Shown here piece after piece: positions 35,819 through 48,940 of a stretch of DNA of 64,000 bases. Origin of the DNA: Azolla caroliniana (lineage: Eukaryota > Plantae > Polypodiophyta); contig JBHGNT010000004.1 of NCBI GenBank assembly GCA_043228905.1, forward strand, positions 22,940,001-23,004,000, read 5' to 3'. The stretch's first letter is position 1. Each line of letters starts with the position of its first letter. The position numbers were made by a program, and so were the translations under genes. The notes beneath the pieces are model-generated. The model ran no database searches, was not told the origin of the DNA, and was given only the letters and a program-made list of their open reading frames with translations.

Positions 35819-36879
35819 GGAATAATATATCAATGATCTATTGCAAGAAGAAGGTAAGAATTTGGATGACGTTGGAGCTTAATCATAGATAGATAGTTTG
35901 CATGGTATTGATGTTGTTGCACACATCAAGAAGTTGCACACCACACATAGGAATCTCCCAAGGGCATTCATATTTTTAGGTAGAGCAGGCCCAAAAGTCT
36001 TGAAATTTGACAACACAAACTCCTCCCGTTTAAGTAATAATATCTAGGATTATCTCATTTTAAAAGAAGGGAATGGAAGTTGGCTGATTGGAAGAGATCC
36101 CTGGGCATGATTGATGAAGATTGGAAGAATTTCAACAAGATGAAGTTGTTAACAACTAAACTTTATGTAATGAACAAAACCATTGTCAAAATGTTTAATT
36201 ATTTCCCAATTAGTGTTTTGAACCCTTTCATGGGACTACATGCACGTTTCCTTTTAAGCTTTTTGAATCCAAGAAATCTTTGATCCCATACTCTAGTACA
36301 TCTTGATGCTCCATTAGGGCATATCCCTATTACTATCTTTAAATCATCATTTCATGGTACACTTCCAATAGTTTTATGGAATACTTCATGGATCCAAAAA
36401 TGGATAGTAAGGTTTTATCAAAACACCTTGATGTTTCTTTGCTTCTTGATTTCCTCGAGTGTAAGCACTTGTTCCTCTATTGTAGTGTTCACCCTCCAAT
36501 TGAATAATGCACAATGTTGTACTACAATAGATTGGTATTGATAAAATATTCGATATAACCACGATAGTTTGTAGATGAAATGTTATTGAAATCTTGACCA
36601 AAGTTTTGAGGATCTGATGCAAACACTTCTGAAAATGCAAGACGAACTATAGTCCATAATTGGTGATGTCAACAAGAAACCTATGGAGCCAAATCATATT
36701 CAAGACCATCAAATCCAAACTTTATCCGCTTATGATATGTCTTGGGGAAGGAAACAAATTGTTGGTAGTGGTGGCAACATCATCGTTTCAATAACAACTC
36801 CCGAGAGGAGACAATTCGTAATGGTATCAAAGATGGAATTTCAAGATTTCTTCCTTGCATCCATAATTTTTTGAATCCT

Positions 36880-37180
36880 TAATCTTTTGCGTCATTGACT
36901 TTTTGAACCCATAACATCTTTGATATTGTACTCACTTCCAACCTCAAGCTCGATTGGGGGAAACCACTCAATGTGGTTGCCATGAATTGAGGAGTCATGG
37001 TGAGTTTCCAAGATCATTTGTAGAAGATTTTTTGGATGCCAAAATTCATAAGGAGGTTGAGTTAGAAAGTCCCATGGGTTAAATCTCGCTACAATACTCA
37101 ATAGGGCAGACACTTATAGTCCAACTTGACAAAAGGAAGATTTTTTATAACATTGTGGTAGAGAGGTTAAACCTTATCTT
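36880..37180 (-). pseudogene. Degenerate gypsy integrase C-terminus/chromodomain remnant
   Basis: PPIELEVGSEYNIKDVMGSK resembles the chromovirus motif PPP.E.DG..EYEVE.ILDSK, with a KLD-YK-like segment upstream. Confidence 0.45.
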
Positions 37181-38885
37181 CAATTATGACATATAGGGAG
37201 ATCGTTTGCCAAAGATTAGCCTCATCTTTGTGTTTTTCACAATAGCCAATCATGTGTCAATCACATAAACACCGAGTCTAGATGGACCTCAGGTTTTTAT
37301 GCTCATTCTTCTGAAGAAAGATTTATTTAGCCCACAAGGACATCAAATTTGAACAATGGATATAATTTCCCAAGAATAAATATGTGCTTGATGTTATTGT
37401 AGGTGAACTTAAAGAGTAATAAGATATGAATATCTTAAGTACCTACCATCCAAGACAAGAACCACAAAGAATCGACATGAGAATACATAAAAAGCTCAAG
37501 GGAACACTAGAGTAAATCTCACCCAAAACTAGAGAGAAAATAGTCACTCGCATGTGAAAGAGGCCCAATGTTATTATAAAAAACTATAAAAGTTACCTTT
37601 TGGTGACTTTGGTAGGTCTTCTTCCTTCTTGGTTTGTCTCGTTTCACATAGTCTTCTTTAGGGCTCTAACTTGATCTCCTCAATCTTTCACTTGAGTTTT
37701 AGAGTGATTAAGGTTCAAGGCTAAGTAACCAAACCCTAATCACTCTACCTCTTATATGCATTATATACTTTCTTTATAATAGAAGTGGTGGTCGACTTTC
37801 TTCTAGACTTGTCTTATCTACATAAATATCTAATTATGATATCTGTTGAGAGGGAGAGTTAACGCAAGAGTGAGTGTGAGAACTACTCTCACCCATTTCG
37901 CTACTAATAGGCTAAACGAAGGTCCAAAATATCAAAGTTGAAATAAAAATCCATTGATACATAGAAGTGTTTTAATGTTGTGTACACAAAAACCCCAAAG
38001 AATCCAATCGTCTTGTTGATAACACACAACATATTAGAGATACTATTTAGGATATGGTTTATCACTTTTGTATTTTATATCGATCTTGGGATAAAGGTTG
38101 ATAACAGTTTGATTGAGATTTTGATGAGACAAAATATTTGTTTCTAAAAGTGTAAGGTGGTTTGTGGGTAAAGATAAAAAAATGTTGTTTGAGACTCTAT
38201 GAAGCCAAAACGTGTCTTTGAGAATCAAATTCGTTTTTTCCCTATCCTGAAATGGTCTCAAAGCAAGAGAAAACCATTCACGATAATCAATTAACATCAA
38301 TTGATGGAACCAACCAAAATTGAGGGCGAAAGTAAAATGTGGATCAAAACGTGTTCTCAGATAGTATTGTCGTGGTGCATTTGGCACACCTGGAGAATTA
38401 TAACAAAAGGAACCCCTATGGATGAAATTGACCAAAAACTCCTTTATTCAATCATAATTTATATTGAAAATAATGGAGTGTGAAATCTGAGTGGAACCAC
38501 GAGGGGTGTGAACTAGAGAGGATGGGTTGACTCGAGTCTTCTAAGTTCAATGTACAAGGATCACGATGTCTAGAATAGTTTTAAAGTATGCGAGTGTTCA
38601 AAATGTAGGTGGATTTTAAGGTGTGTAGGTATTTGTCAGAGGGAGAAGTTAGTATAATTTAACTTTTTAACCTTAATATTTTATTAAATTTATTTTGTCC
38701 TAGTTTATTTATTTATTTATTATTATTTATCTATTTATTATGATTATTATTAATTTTTTCTTATTTATATAATTATTTTCATTTTTAACTAACTATTATT
38801 ATTTATTTTAATTTTCACTATTAAAATATTTCTTCAATTTTCTTAGATAAACTTTTGATTATTGCTATCAAATTATAGTTAATAC

Positions 38886-39483
38886 TAAAGAGGATACTAC
38901 CGGCCACAACCGGTTGATACACGTGCTTACGCGGGTGCAAAGATTAGAATGATAGAAATAATGGACGACAAGAAATCAAAGTACAAAACACAGAGACTCA
39001 ATATTTTACATGGAAAACCCAAACGGGAAAAACCACGGGAACCCACTGACTCCGAACAGAATCACTAAATCGAGAGGAATACAACAAGAGGCTCTAAGGC
39101 ACCTACCACAAGCTCTTCTTCATCTACCAACGGTTATAGAGTTACAAGTCTCACTAACTCTCTTTCTCACACTCAGTTACAGTGGCAACAACCCTCTATG
39201 TCCTCTTACAACAATAATGATGATAATCCTTAACTACTTGCCCTAACTATATTTATACTCATTTACACAATATGAGCTATTTACAAATAAAGCCCACTAA
39301 AGGCACATTGAGGCTATTTACAATTATAGCCCTGAGTCGACGTTGATCAATTCTGCTATTAGCTTAATCGATTATTACCCAATTTTCGGCCTTAACCGAA
39401 TCGGGAATCGGTCGACCGATTCAATTTACTCTTCTCTCCGACTCACATTCTCCTGCCCATCCGGAGGGACCTATTTCCTAACA
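38886..39483 (-). mobile_element. Solo LTR, Ty1/copia-type
   Basis: 5-bp TSD AATAC (38881-38885 and 39484-39488), termini TGTTAG...TTTA on the minus strand. Shares tcccgtggttttt.cc..tt.gggttttcca.gtaaaa and cggttgtggccg with the copia LTR at 61125-61709. Confidence 0.85.
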
Positions 39484-40889
39484 AATACTACCTAATTTAT
39501 TGTTTTAGTTTTTATATTTACTTTGTTATTTACTTAATTTTACTATTAAAATTAATATTTGTATATTATTTATTAGTTAATTATGTTATTGATTCATGTA
39601 TTTTACGTATTAATAATTTAATTTATATTTATTGTAATATTATATTGTCTATTTTACTTTATTCAATTATTTGTTTATTAATGTTATTACTATTATTTTT
39701 AATTTTATTTATTGATATTTATTTATTTATTTATCTTATTATTTTTTTTGTTTATTAATATTCTTCTATATATTTATTTAGGGTATTGGGTGGTCAAGCG
39801 GATGGCGATGACAATGATGGAAGTCATACAAGCATGGCGACAACAATGGTAGAGGAGGAAAGTGGTTGACAACAACAATTACAATTGACAAACGGCAACA
39901 AACAACAATGGCGACAACAACATATGGCAGTTTTGCCAAAGACCCAAGCATTCAATTCGAGCCTTTGAGTCAAATGTTTTGAGTCAAACGAGGGTCTTTA
40001 ACCTTTTCCCTTAATTACCTTTCATGCCCCTGAATTATAGCCTCATGCGAGGGGAGGAAAAATAAATAAATAAAATAGATTAGTTTAAATTGCTTTATAT
40101 ATTTATATTTATGGCCTTGTGGGTCAGCTACGAAAGGTAATTCAATAATGTTTGACAAGTTTTGATAATTGTTGGCCTATCCTCAAGGACCGTCTAGTGG
40201 TTGGGAGGTTGACTCTGGCCAGTGACTTACGCTGCCCAAAACTTTTACAATAGGATGCTACTTTGTGGTCGGAGGTCAGAATTAAAATCTGAGGAGGCCT
40301 TCATATTGACGTGACATGTTTCCTGCGAGGCAGTTCAATGATTTGTTATTCTCCAATTTCACAAAAATTCATTTAACTTTGTCCCTCGAGCTTAGAATCT
40401 CGAGCCGGAAACTCCTATGTGGCTTTCATTGTGAAGCCTTTGCAACCTGAAACTCAAACTAGGATTTTCACAAAGTAAAAGAAATATATATTATATTAAT
40501 AAAATTATAAGCTATAGTAAGAAATTAATAAGTGTGTATTAGCTATAGTAAGTTTATTAGGGTGCGTATGTACAATGAGAAGATTCTCGTCTCCATTACA
40601 TGAAGTGATCAAGAGACAAAAGAAGGATAGGTCAATAGGAGTATACATGAAAGATAACATCATGAGTAGAACTTCAAGGGGAGATCCTCAAGTTTTAGTA
40701 CAATTTCTCCACAGAGAACGACCATGTTGCCTTTTGTCATCATTGATCTCACATGCCCTCTTGATTTGCAACGTTGATCTTTCTCTAGATCTCAACAACG
40801 TTTCTACCTTGTACCTTTCTCCCCCTAAACAAAGAGGTCTCTTTACCCTTTTATGGGATTAGAGAGGCTTCATCACAAATAAAATTAGT

Positions 40890-41240
40890 GGATGCTTTTT
40901 TATTTTAGCATACACCACACACAAAAAATTCTACTTGCATGCTCTACTTTTCCCTCTAGCACCCGATGCTTAAAAAAAAACTAATACGAAGCATAATGTC
41001 TACCTTTGCATTGTTTGTCTATTTAATTAGCAATGGGCCCGGTTTCAACTCAAACCAAACCGAACCGTTAAGCCATGGTTTGCTTTTTTATTTTAGCATA
41101 CACCACAAAAAAAAATTCTACTTGCATGCTCTACTTTTCCCCCAAAAAAATCTACTTGCATGCTCTACGTTTCCCTCCAACACCCTAAACAAAAATTAAT
41201 ACTAAGCATAATGTCTACCTTTGCATTGTTCGTCTATTAA
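40890..41240. repeat. Tandem duplication (~190-bp period) with a short MITE-end-like fragment between the copies
   Basis: gcttttttattttagcatacaccaca...tctacttgcatgctctac...gcataatgtctacctttgcattgtt occurs twice; aaaccaaaccgaaccgttaa near 41050-41075. Confidence 0.7.
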
Positions 41241-41671
41241 AATTTTTAATCTTGCATGGCCAAACTTAAAACCATGACATGCTAGTGTTCATCTACTTAA
41301 TCTACTCAAACCCTTGATCTACCACCCTCACCCTTGATCTATCATTTAACCATTTGGATATTCTTAGTTTAACATATTTCCTTATGTGCCTTCCCCACAT
41401 CACAACAACGGGTGCTTGAAATGGAAAGCAATATATTTAAAACCACGTTAGGTAGAAAAACTATTAACATAATTTTATGTTTCACAATTTGGTATCTCAT
41501 GGAATCCTTAATTATGATGTGGGCTACTTTACATCCTTTTCTTAAATGTATTTTTGTGATACGATTAATAACACAAGTAGAACCACCAAACAATATTTTA
41601 TTATAGAAGATGTTTACACATTTAACATTTACCAAGATGTTAGCAAGACATTCTAGACACACTTTGGGGAA

Positions 41672-44600
41672 TTTTTTTTTTCCAAAAAAAACTACTTCCA
41701 TTAGTTAAGGCAATGTACAAGGGATAATTTACAACCAATATCTTACAAGCCATCTTGCATGTCAAAAGAAAATAATATGTGTAGATGAAACAACAAAAGA
41801 ACAACTCCAAAACACCACAACACTTGATGTGCATAGCATTACCTGAACACATACTCTACAAAACAGAATTCAGCATAGATGTCCTCCATTCGCTTCTCAT
41901 GGCAGGACCCATCTAGATGTTAGGTACACTCGGGGGGAACAGCAACCATGGTGGTTGATAATTCCCACTTCGCTTTAGCATCCACCATTTGCAGCATCGA
42001 CGAACCGCTCCATTTCAGAAGGAAACGAGCTCTAGCTTCTTCACTTGCGTCAGAGGGCCCTTGAAGACTTTCAAACTCTCCTTGTAACATAGAAATAAGA
42101 TTAAACCAAATCATCATTAAATTCTCAGTCGGTGGGGTTCACTTACCTGCAAAAGTCTCCTTGCACCTAGATACCCATACTTGCCAGACCGTAAGGCCGA
42201 CCACTAATAACCATATGTCCACGTAGCGTTCTTGTAAGACGAATGAACCTCCTTGCGCTGGTTGCACAGATCCTTGCATCACCTTTAAAAGGACTATTTC
42301 CATTCCACCCTTGAAACCACGAAGCCGATTCAATGGCCAACCAAGTGATTGTTGCGCTCGATACATGGACGTCAACCCCGAACCGAGCCAAGATTCTTCA
42401 GCCCCTGAACCAAATTTCTTGCGCTCGTGGGTAGCACCACAAACAATGAGCGATGTCCTCCAAGCTCGCACTACAGGTCTTGCAACCACTCATGCCGCCT
42501 CTTTTCCCAAGCCACTCTCCTGTTGGGACAGCCCGATGGGTGATTAACCAGAAAAACACTTTGATCCGCTCGGGAAGGGATGAGTTCCATATCCTACGCC
42601 TGGTTCTATCCACGAAGACTGAATCGACAGCTACATGGACCCACTTGTTGGCACATTTCGCACGATACGAACCTAACTTTCTCCCCAAGCGCGTCGAGTA
42701 TTCGAAGAAACCTAATGATTTATCTTGTTCTCCCTTCCACGTATATTCAGTGGGATCCCATTCTAAGCACTCGAGAGGCTTGCCTTCAACCACATACAAG
42801 ATCCAATCCTCCTCAGCCTCTTCGACTAGTGGATTCACAATTCTAATCAGGTACCAACATGCACTTTCATTTATTAATCCCATCTGGATGATCTTCCCAT
42901 TCTTTCCTAGACCCCTGACATTAATAATTTTTCTGGTATCATCACATTGTCCGGACCATTCACCCTCTTCCTCATTACCAATAGGAAAGAGGAGACAACT
43001 GTATTAACTAGGTCAGGCATTTTTCTACCATTTCTGACCTTTCCCACATCTTCAAATAATTTATCACGATTACTGCCGGCCAACCACCTCCAATCTGCCA
43101 CTGAGTGAATCCCTAGACAATACAATACCGCCCACGACATACGCTTGCTTTGTCCAAGCATCGTTCCTTTTGGCGATTGTATGGTCTCGTTCCACAATAG
43201 GGGTTGGCGCATCCATTTAGCACTAGTACTTGGACGATTTCGACTTAGATGCCCACGGAGCATACTCCACGCTTGCATCACTGACATACAAGTACGACGA
43301 TCAGCCAACCGGTTAGATTTCCTCAACTCTAAGTTCATACAAAAAGGTCATGCTTTGTGTGAGTTCCATTGCCCACCCAGTCTTGGACCTCAGAGAATGC
43401 TCCTATTATGTATCAATGTTTTCCATAACTCGTTACCGGGTAGCAAGCTCCTTACCAATACCTTACATAACAATGCCCAACTTTGCAATCCAGGGTCAAT
43501 CAATCCTAAACCCCCCTTACTCTTGGGAAGAACCAACGTAGACCATGATACTTTGGCTGCCGCGTTGTCTTTCCTCATCCCAGCCCATAGGAATCCCCTA
43601 ATACACACTTTAACAGTACGAATAGCTTGCTTGTCAAACATCCACACTTAAACTGCATGCCATAACGTAGACAAGAGCACATGTTTAGCTACTATGATCC
43701 TGCCAGCCAATGATAAGTTCATCCCTGACCAATTGCGATTTTTGTCACAGATTTTGCTTTGAATTTGTTGCAACTGAATTCCTTTGTCGATATCTACCCC
43801 AATCCACGTTCCCAGATACCTAGTGGCTTCCCTGTTTGCAATCCATTTGAATTCAGCATTTGGCTTCCAAAAAGGCTCGGACTCCGAGCTGATCTAGAAA
43901 CCCTTGGACTTATTCCAATTGATGGACACTCCTGATGCTTTGCAAAAGAGATCAATAGCACTCTGTGCCCTCTCAAGATTCGCTTCATTTCCTTGGAGGT
44001 ATAACATCATATCGTCCACGAACTCCGAGTCCAGTAGGGACTTCCTTGAGTTAGGGATCGAAAGACCATGAAGATTTGCCCCTTGACTATTAAAAAAGGC
44101 AGACATTGCTTCAGTAATAAAAAGGAATAGAAAGGGGGCAAGAGGACAACCTTGCCTGATGGATCGAGTTAGAAAGATTCGAGCTCCTTTCCTCCCTGCA
44201 ATCAACACCTTACTCGAGCCATTCCTATATAAGGCTTCGGCAGCACACCTCCACTCCAATGGTAGCTCAATGACCTTTATCACTTCTTCCAAGAAAGACC
44301 ATTGCACTCGATCGAAGGCTTTCTCGAAGTCGAGCATCAGACAGGCTAAGTTTTGATTGGTCTCCCCTACCATTGCAACAACCTCCCAAAACAAAATCAT
44401 GTTGCCCATAATAGAACGATGCTCCATGAAACCGGTTTGATTGGACTGGATGATATCTCCTAGGAAGGGCTTGATTCTCTGCACTAGTATGTTAGCAAAA
44501 TTTTTATAAATTAGATTTAAAATTGTAATGGGCCTCCATTGTCTAATCTTGTGCAACGTAGTCTCCGATTTCGGAATCAAGTAGATCAAGCCTTCATTGA

Positions 44601-45340
44601 AGCTGCTCGTCATCCGTCCTATTCTCCACATCTCTTGCAGTCCAGCTTCCAAACTTGGAAAAATTTGCTCCCAAAACTACTTGAAGAAGGCTTTGGGAAG
44701 GCCGTCAGCACCAGGACAAGCCATACTCTGTATCTTGTCTAGCCCTGCTACAATCTCTCCCTCCTCTATGGCTTTTGACAACTGCGCTTTAACTGCCTCT
44801 CCAATCTTGGTCTTCAAGCATGTAATTACATCATGTATCAGGTTACTCGGAACCTAGTCGTGTGTCAACGTAGGAGCTAGAAGGTCTCTATAGTAATTAG
44901 TCGCAATTTGCAAGATTTCCTCTTGATCAAACGTCATCGAATCATCCTCCCGTATGAGATTGTGAATATGCTTTCCTCTCCGTTTTGGAGTCTTGGTGAG
45001 AAAAAACTCCTTGTTGACTTTGTCTCCCTTGACAGCCCACCATGCTGCCGACTTTCTGAAGAGGAATTGCTCATGTTACTGTCTAACCTCCTGAAGCAAC
45101 CTAATGGCCTCCTGCAACCTATCTTTCGGCCAATCACAACATGGGTCCACTTGCATGAGCTTTTGAGCTGAGATGACTACCTTCCTCGGGCGATTGAGAC
45201 GGTATTGACACCTTACCAGCTCCTCCCTAGCCACCTTCTGAAGAACCAAAGAAGAATTGATAATATTTTCCTCCAGTACCTGTATCGGGTCGTGGGCTGA
45301 TGGGGAAACCGTCCAAATGTTATTCATTGCATTCTTAACC
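41672..45340 (-). mobile_element. 5'-truncated L1-clade LINE (ORF2 RT and zf-RVT), degenerate
   Basis: Poly(T) at 41672; RT motifs WRPITILN, LDFEKAFDRV, RQGCPLAP, FVDD; GGLGLID; zf-RVT CKTCSASLEDIAHCLWC. Confidence 0.9.
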
Positions 45341-45839
45341 TTCTAGATACCAAAAATCTTATCATTCTTAAACATTAACAATAGGTTTTCAGAAATCATT
45401 CTTTCAATGGTAAGAATTTCAATACAACATTGATCGTCCTTCATTTTGCACTCTTCTATTATTCCATCATATTAAAAAATATGCATGGGTAAAGGAATGT
45501 GTAAATTTCTAAACAAGTTTGGATATTTCATATTTAGAAGGAATTAGGAACTAGCCTTTCATATTTAAACATATATTCTTTCACATCAAAATAGTGTTTG
45601 ATCCCAATTCTCAGTGCGTCCCTACTTTATGAAACTTGTTAGATATTCTTATGATTGCGGTTAATCAAAATATGTCTATGAACAACCATCGAAACATAGT
45701 AAACAAACATTTTTAAACGTAGATACTACGTACTATTTAGGCTAGAGTTCTTGAGGTGGTGGTTGGTATTTTGGAGGAACAATATGCCTTTTGATTCCAA
45801 TTTTTATGTGTCCTAGAGAAACAAAATGGTAATAGAAAA

Positions 45840-46349
45840 TAGATATGGGCTTGGTTTCAGCTCAACCGAACATAACCATTAAGCCATGTTTAATGGTTTG
45901 CCAGTTTGAATACAATTAAACGTCTGTTTTTGGTTTTCAAATCCCATTAAATTGTTTGGTTTGATTTCAATTATCATTAAAATGTTTTGGTTTCGGTTCA
46001 ATTCAGTAAGAAAACATGGGTTTATCAATTTAAGTGGTCCTTTGTAATGGTTTATCGAATTTTTGCTTAATCTTTTTTATTTCCCATAATGGTTTAATAG
46101 TTTAATTAATTTAATAGTTTTGTTTTAGTATTCTATTATTATCTAATTGTTTAATTAATTTGGCTTAAGTGGTTAGGTTTAGATTTGTGATGAAATGGTT
46201 CAAATTGGTTTCAACTTCTCCATAAGCAATTTGGTTTAAATGGCTTGATAGTTCTAAAACAGTTTGGTTTGGTTTTTGTTATGTATGAACGGTTTGGTTT
46301 TGGCTCAATATAGTTTTCGGGCCAAGAACCAAAACCATGCCCATACCTA
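45840..46349. mobile_element. MITE / non-autonomous hAT-like element
   Basis: TIRs TAGATATGGGCTTGGTTT / TAGGTATGGGCATGGTTT and many ggtt/aacc subterminal motifs. The TSD is degenerate. Confidence 0.6.
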
Positions 46350-48940
46350 CTAGCAATTCTCACAATTGTTTCAACATATAATCACTATATTGCCTCCTTT
46401 TGTGTTCAAACACTACCAATTTTATGGAATTTGGGTGTCATGACATCCTCACATATTGACATAGAAGTTTATTTATAAAATCATAAGCTCTCTTGGTTAT
46501 ACACATCACACATAAGTATTATTTTACTGAAAGTTCTATCAACGTGCAAATAGTTTTTTAAAATCCAAATCAAAGCAAATGTCTTTTTATTATGAGTGCA
46601 ACATAGACTCATTAAGAACAAAATCCTCTTTTTATAATACTGAAAGATATCTTTACTTCGAATACGTGTCTTAGATTGGAATGGAAAATGAACCCACACT
46701 ACACATTCTTCTTCCAAATATGAAAAACTTTAGCATAGGTGTGCACTCTTGGAAGCATTTTATGATATTGTGTGTGACACTTGTCAACAATTGATGCCAC
46801 ATTGAATAGTTTTGTCAAAATCGAATTAATTTTCAAAGAACTATGTATTGAATTGTTTGATGCTTTATTAAAATAGAGCATATTGGGAAAGGTATTATAT
46901 TACTATTATTGAAATATCTCTATTTCCTAAGGTTAGAATAGTACAATATTGTCATTTATTAGGAATGTTGTCTATCATTTCCATTGAATGATCAACTGCA
47001 TTTTTAAGAACTTGAAGCCATAACCTTAACACTCCAAAGTTCAAACCACAAGTTACTTTTAATATAATCTAATGATTCCATATAGAAAAATGTATATTGA
47101 TGTCTATGGTTTCTTATTTGATGCAAAAGGGCAATGCTTTCAAATGATACTTCACTTCAATATATTGGCATCGACTTGGTAATAAAGGATCCCTAGTGCT
47201 CTTCAATTATATGAATAACAAGCACAACATTACCAAAAAGGGCATCTTGTAATTGTGGTCTATTTCTTCTCTTTCCTAGAATCACACTAATAAAAGGATA
47301 GGAAATGTCAAGTTTAAGGACTGGTTTGGGAGTGAGTAAGAAATACTTAATTAGTCATGATACTAAAATGTCATGACTTTCCTTGAAAATTGTTTTGACG
47401 AACAATTCGTTGGTGGAGCTTCTTTGACTTTGACAAACAAACAACAAAAGCTTAAAAATTGTTTTCAATTTCAGAACAGATGCGTAATAATTGAAAACAA
47501 CAAATTCTCGTGTTCAGATTTGCAATATTGTTTTCTCCAACGAACATGTTTCATTGCAATATTGTTTTCTCCAACGAACATGTTTCATTGCAATCATTGT
47601 TCAAAGTAAATATCTATTGATAATTTAAGAAAGCCTATTAGTTTTCCTTGGTTTTAGCACATGAAGGTCTTAAAAGTCATCATCTTCATCAATGTCATAA
47701 AGTGTTGATGTCGAGTTGGCAATAATGAAGACCAAAAGTGGCATTGTTAAACACTTTGGTTGGTTCATGTCATACGCTACTATATAAATGATTATGAATA
47801 CATGTTATAATAGTCTATTATAATGTGCATATTGCATTAGCCATTACAATACCTAATCACTATGATCCCAATTAACTAACACCTTCAATATCTAAAGGTT
47901 GGGTTCATGGAAAATGTAAGGAAGAATATGTAATAAGCAACATGACAAAAATACTAAAAAAAGAATGAAGAATTATATTCATAATATACATATAAGTTTA
48001 TGAAACAACCATTAGCAAGGGGAAAACTCAATGACAGATTCAAAATTGACATTAAATTAGATTATTAGACCATGTTTGAAGGTTATTTTTTATTTTATTT
48101 TTTACATCAGTATTAAGAAAAAAATTTATTTATTTACTTATTTAAGGAAAAATACTAGATTAATATTAAAAAAATAATTTGAGGTTGTATAAAAAATCAC
48201 TTTACATACATGTTACCTACCTCCCCATGTTTAAAGATCTGGTGATTAGATTCAATAAATGTTTCAATGTAGTGTAAAACCACCTCACCTTATAAAAAAA
48301 ACCACCTATAAATATCTTTGTCCCATATGGCATGGAACATCAAATTCTTCTACATGTTAGGGGTCATTGTCTATATTATCCAAAACACTCTTAGATTATA
48401 CACAATCACTGTCCAAATTCCAATAATTTGTCTACACAAGTCCTTTTGTTGCATTTTGGAATATCATCAAGCACCTTGCCATCTAAAGATCCCAAAATCA
48501 TAACACTACTTATCAATTGCCATACTGCATCATACTGTTTTTGTATTCAAGGGTGCATCAAACTATGTCTTAGAGAAATAACATCTGCAACATCCCCCTT
48601 CTCATACAACATTTTTGGATTGAAATCAGATGCTATGTTTGAATTCAAGAGTGCACTAGCTTATGTCTTAGAGAAATAACATCTACAACATTCCCCTTCT
48701 CATACAATATTGGTTGCCCTTGTACAATTGCCCACATATAAACTGCTCGAGAATATACTATTAAGACTGTTTTCCATACTCCCATTGTGAAATCATAACT
48801 CTGCGAACAATGTTTAGCAATCTCCATTGGATGCATACAAAAATGACATAGACTATCTACATTTGCACCTTTTATTCACTCACCAATTGTATAGCTCCAT
48901 GAATCAACAACAGAAAAATAGACAAATTTCCAACTCATTC

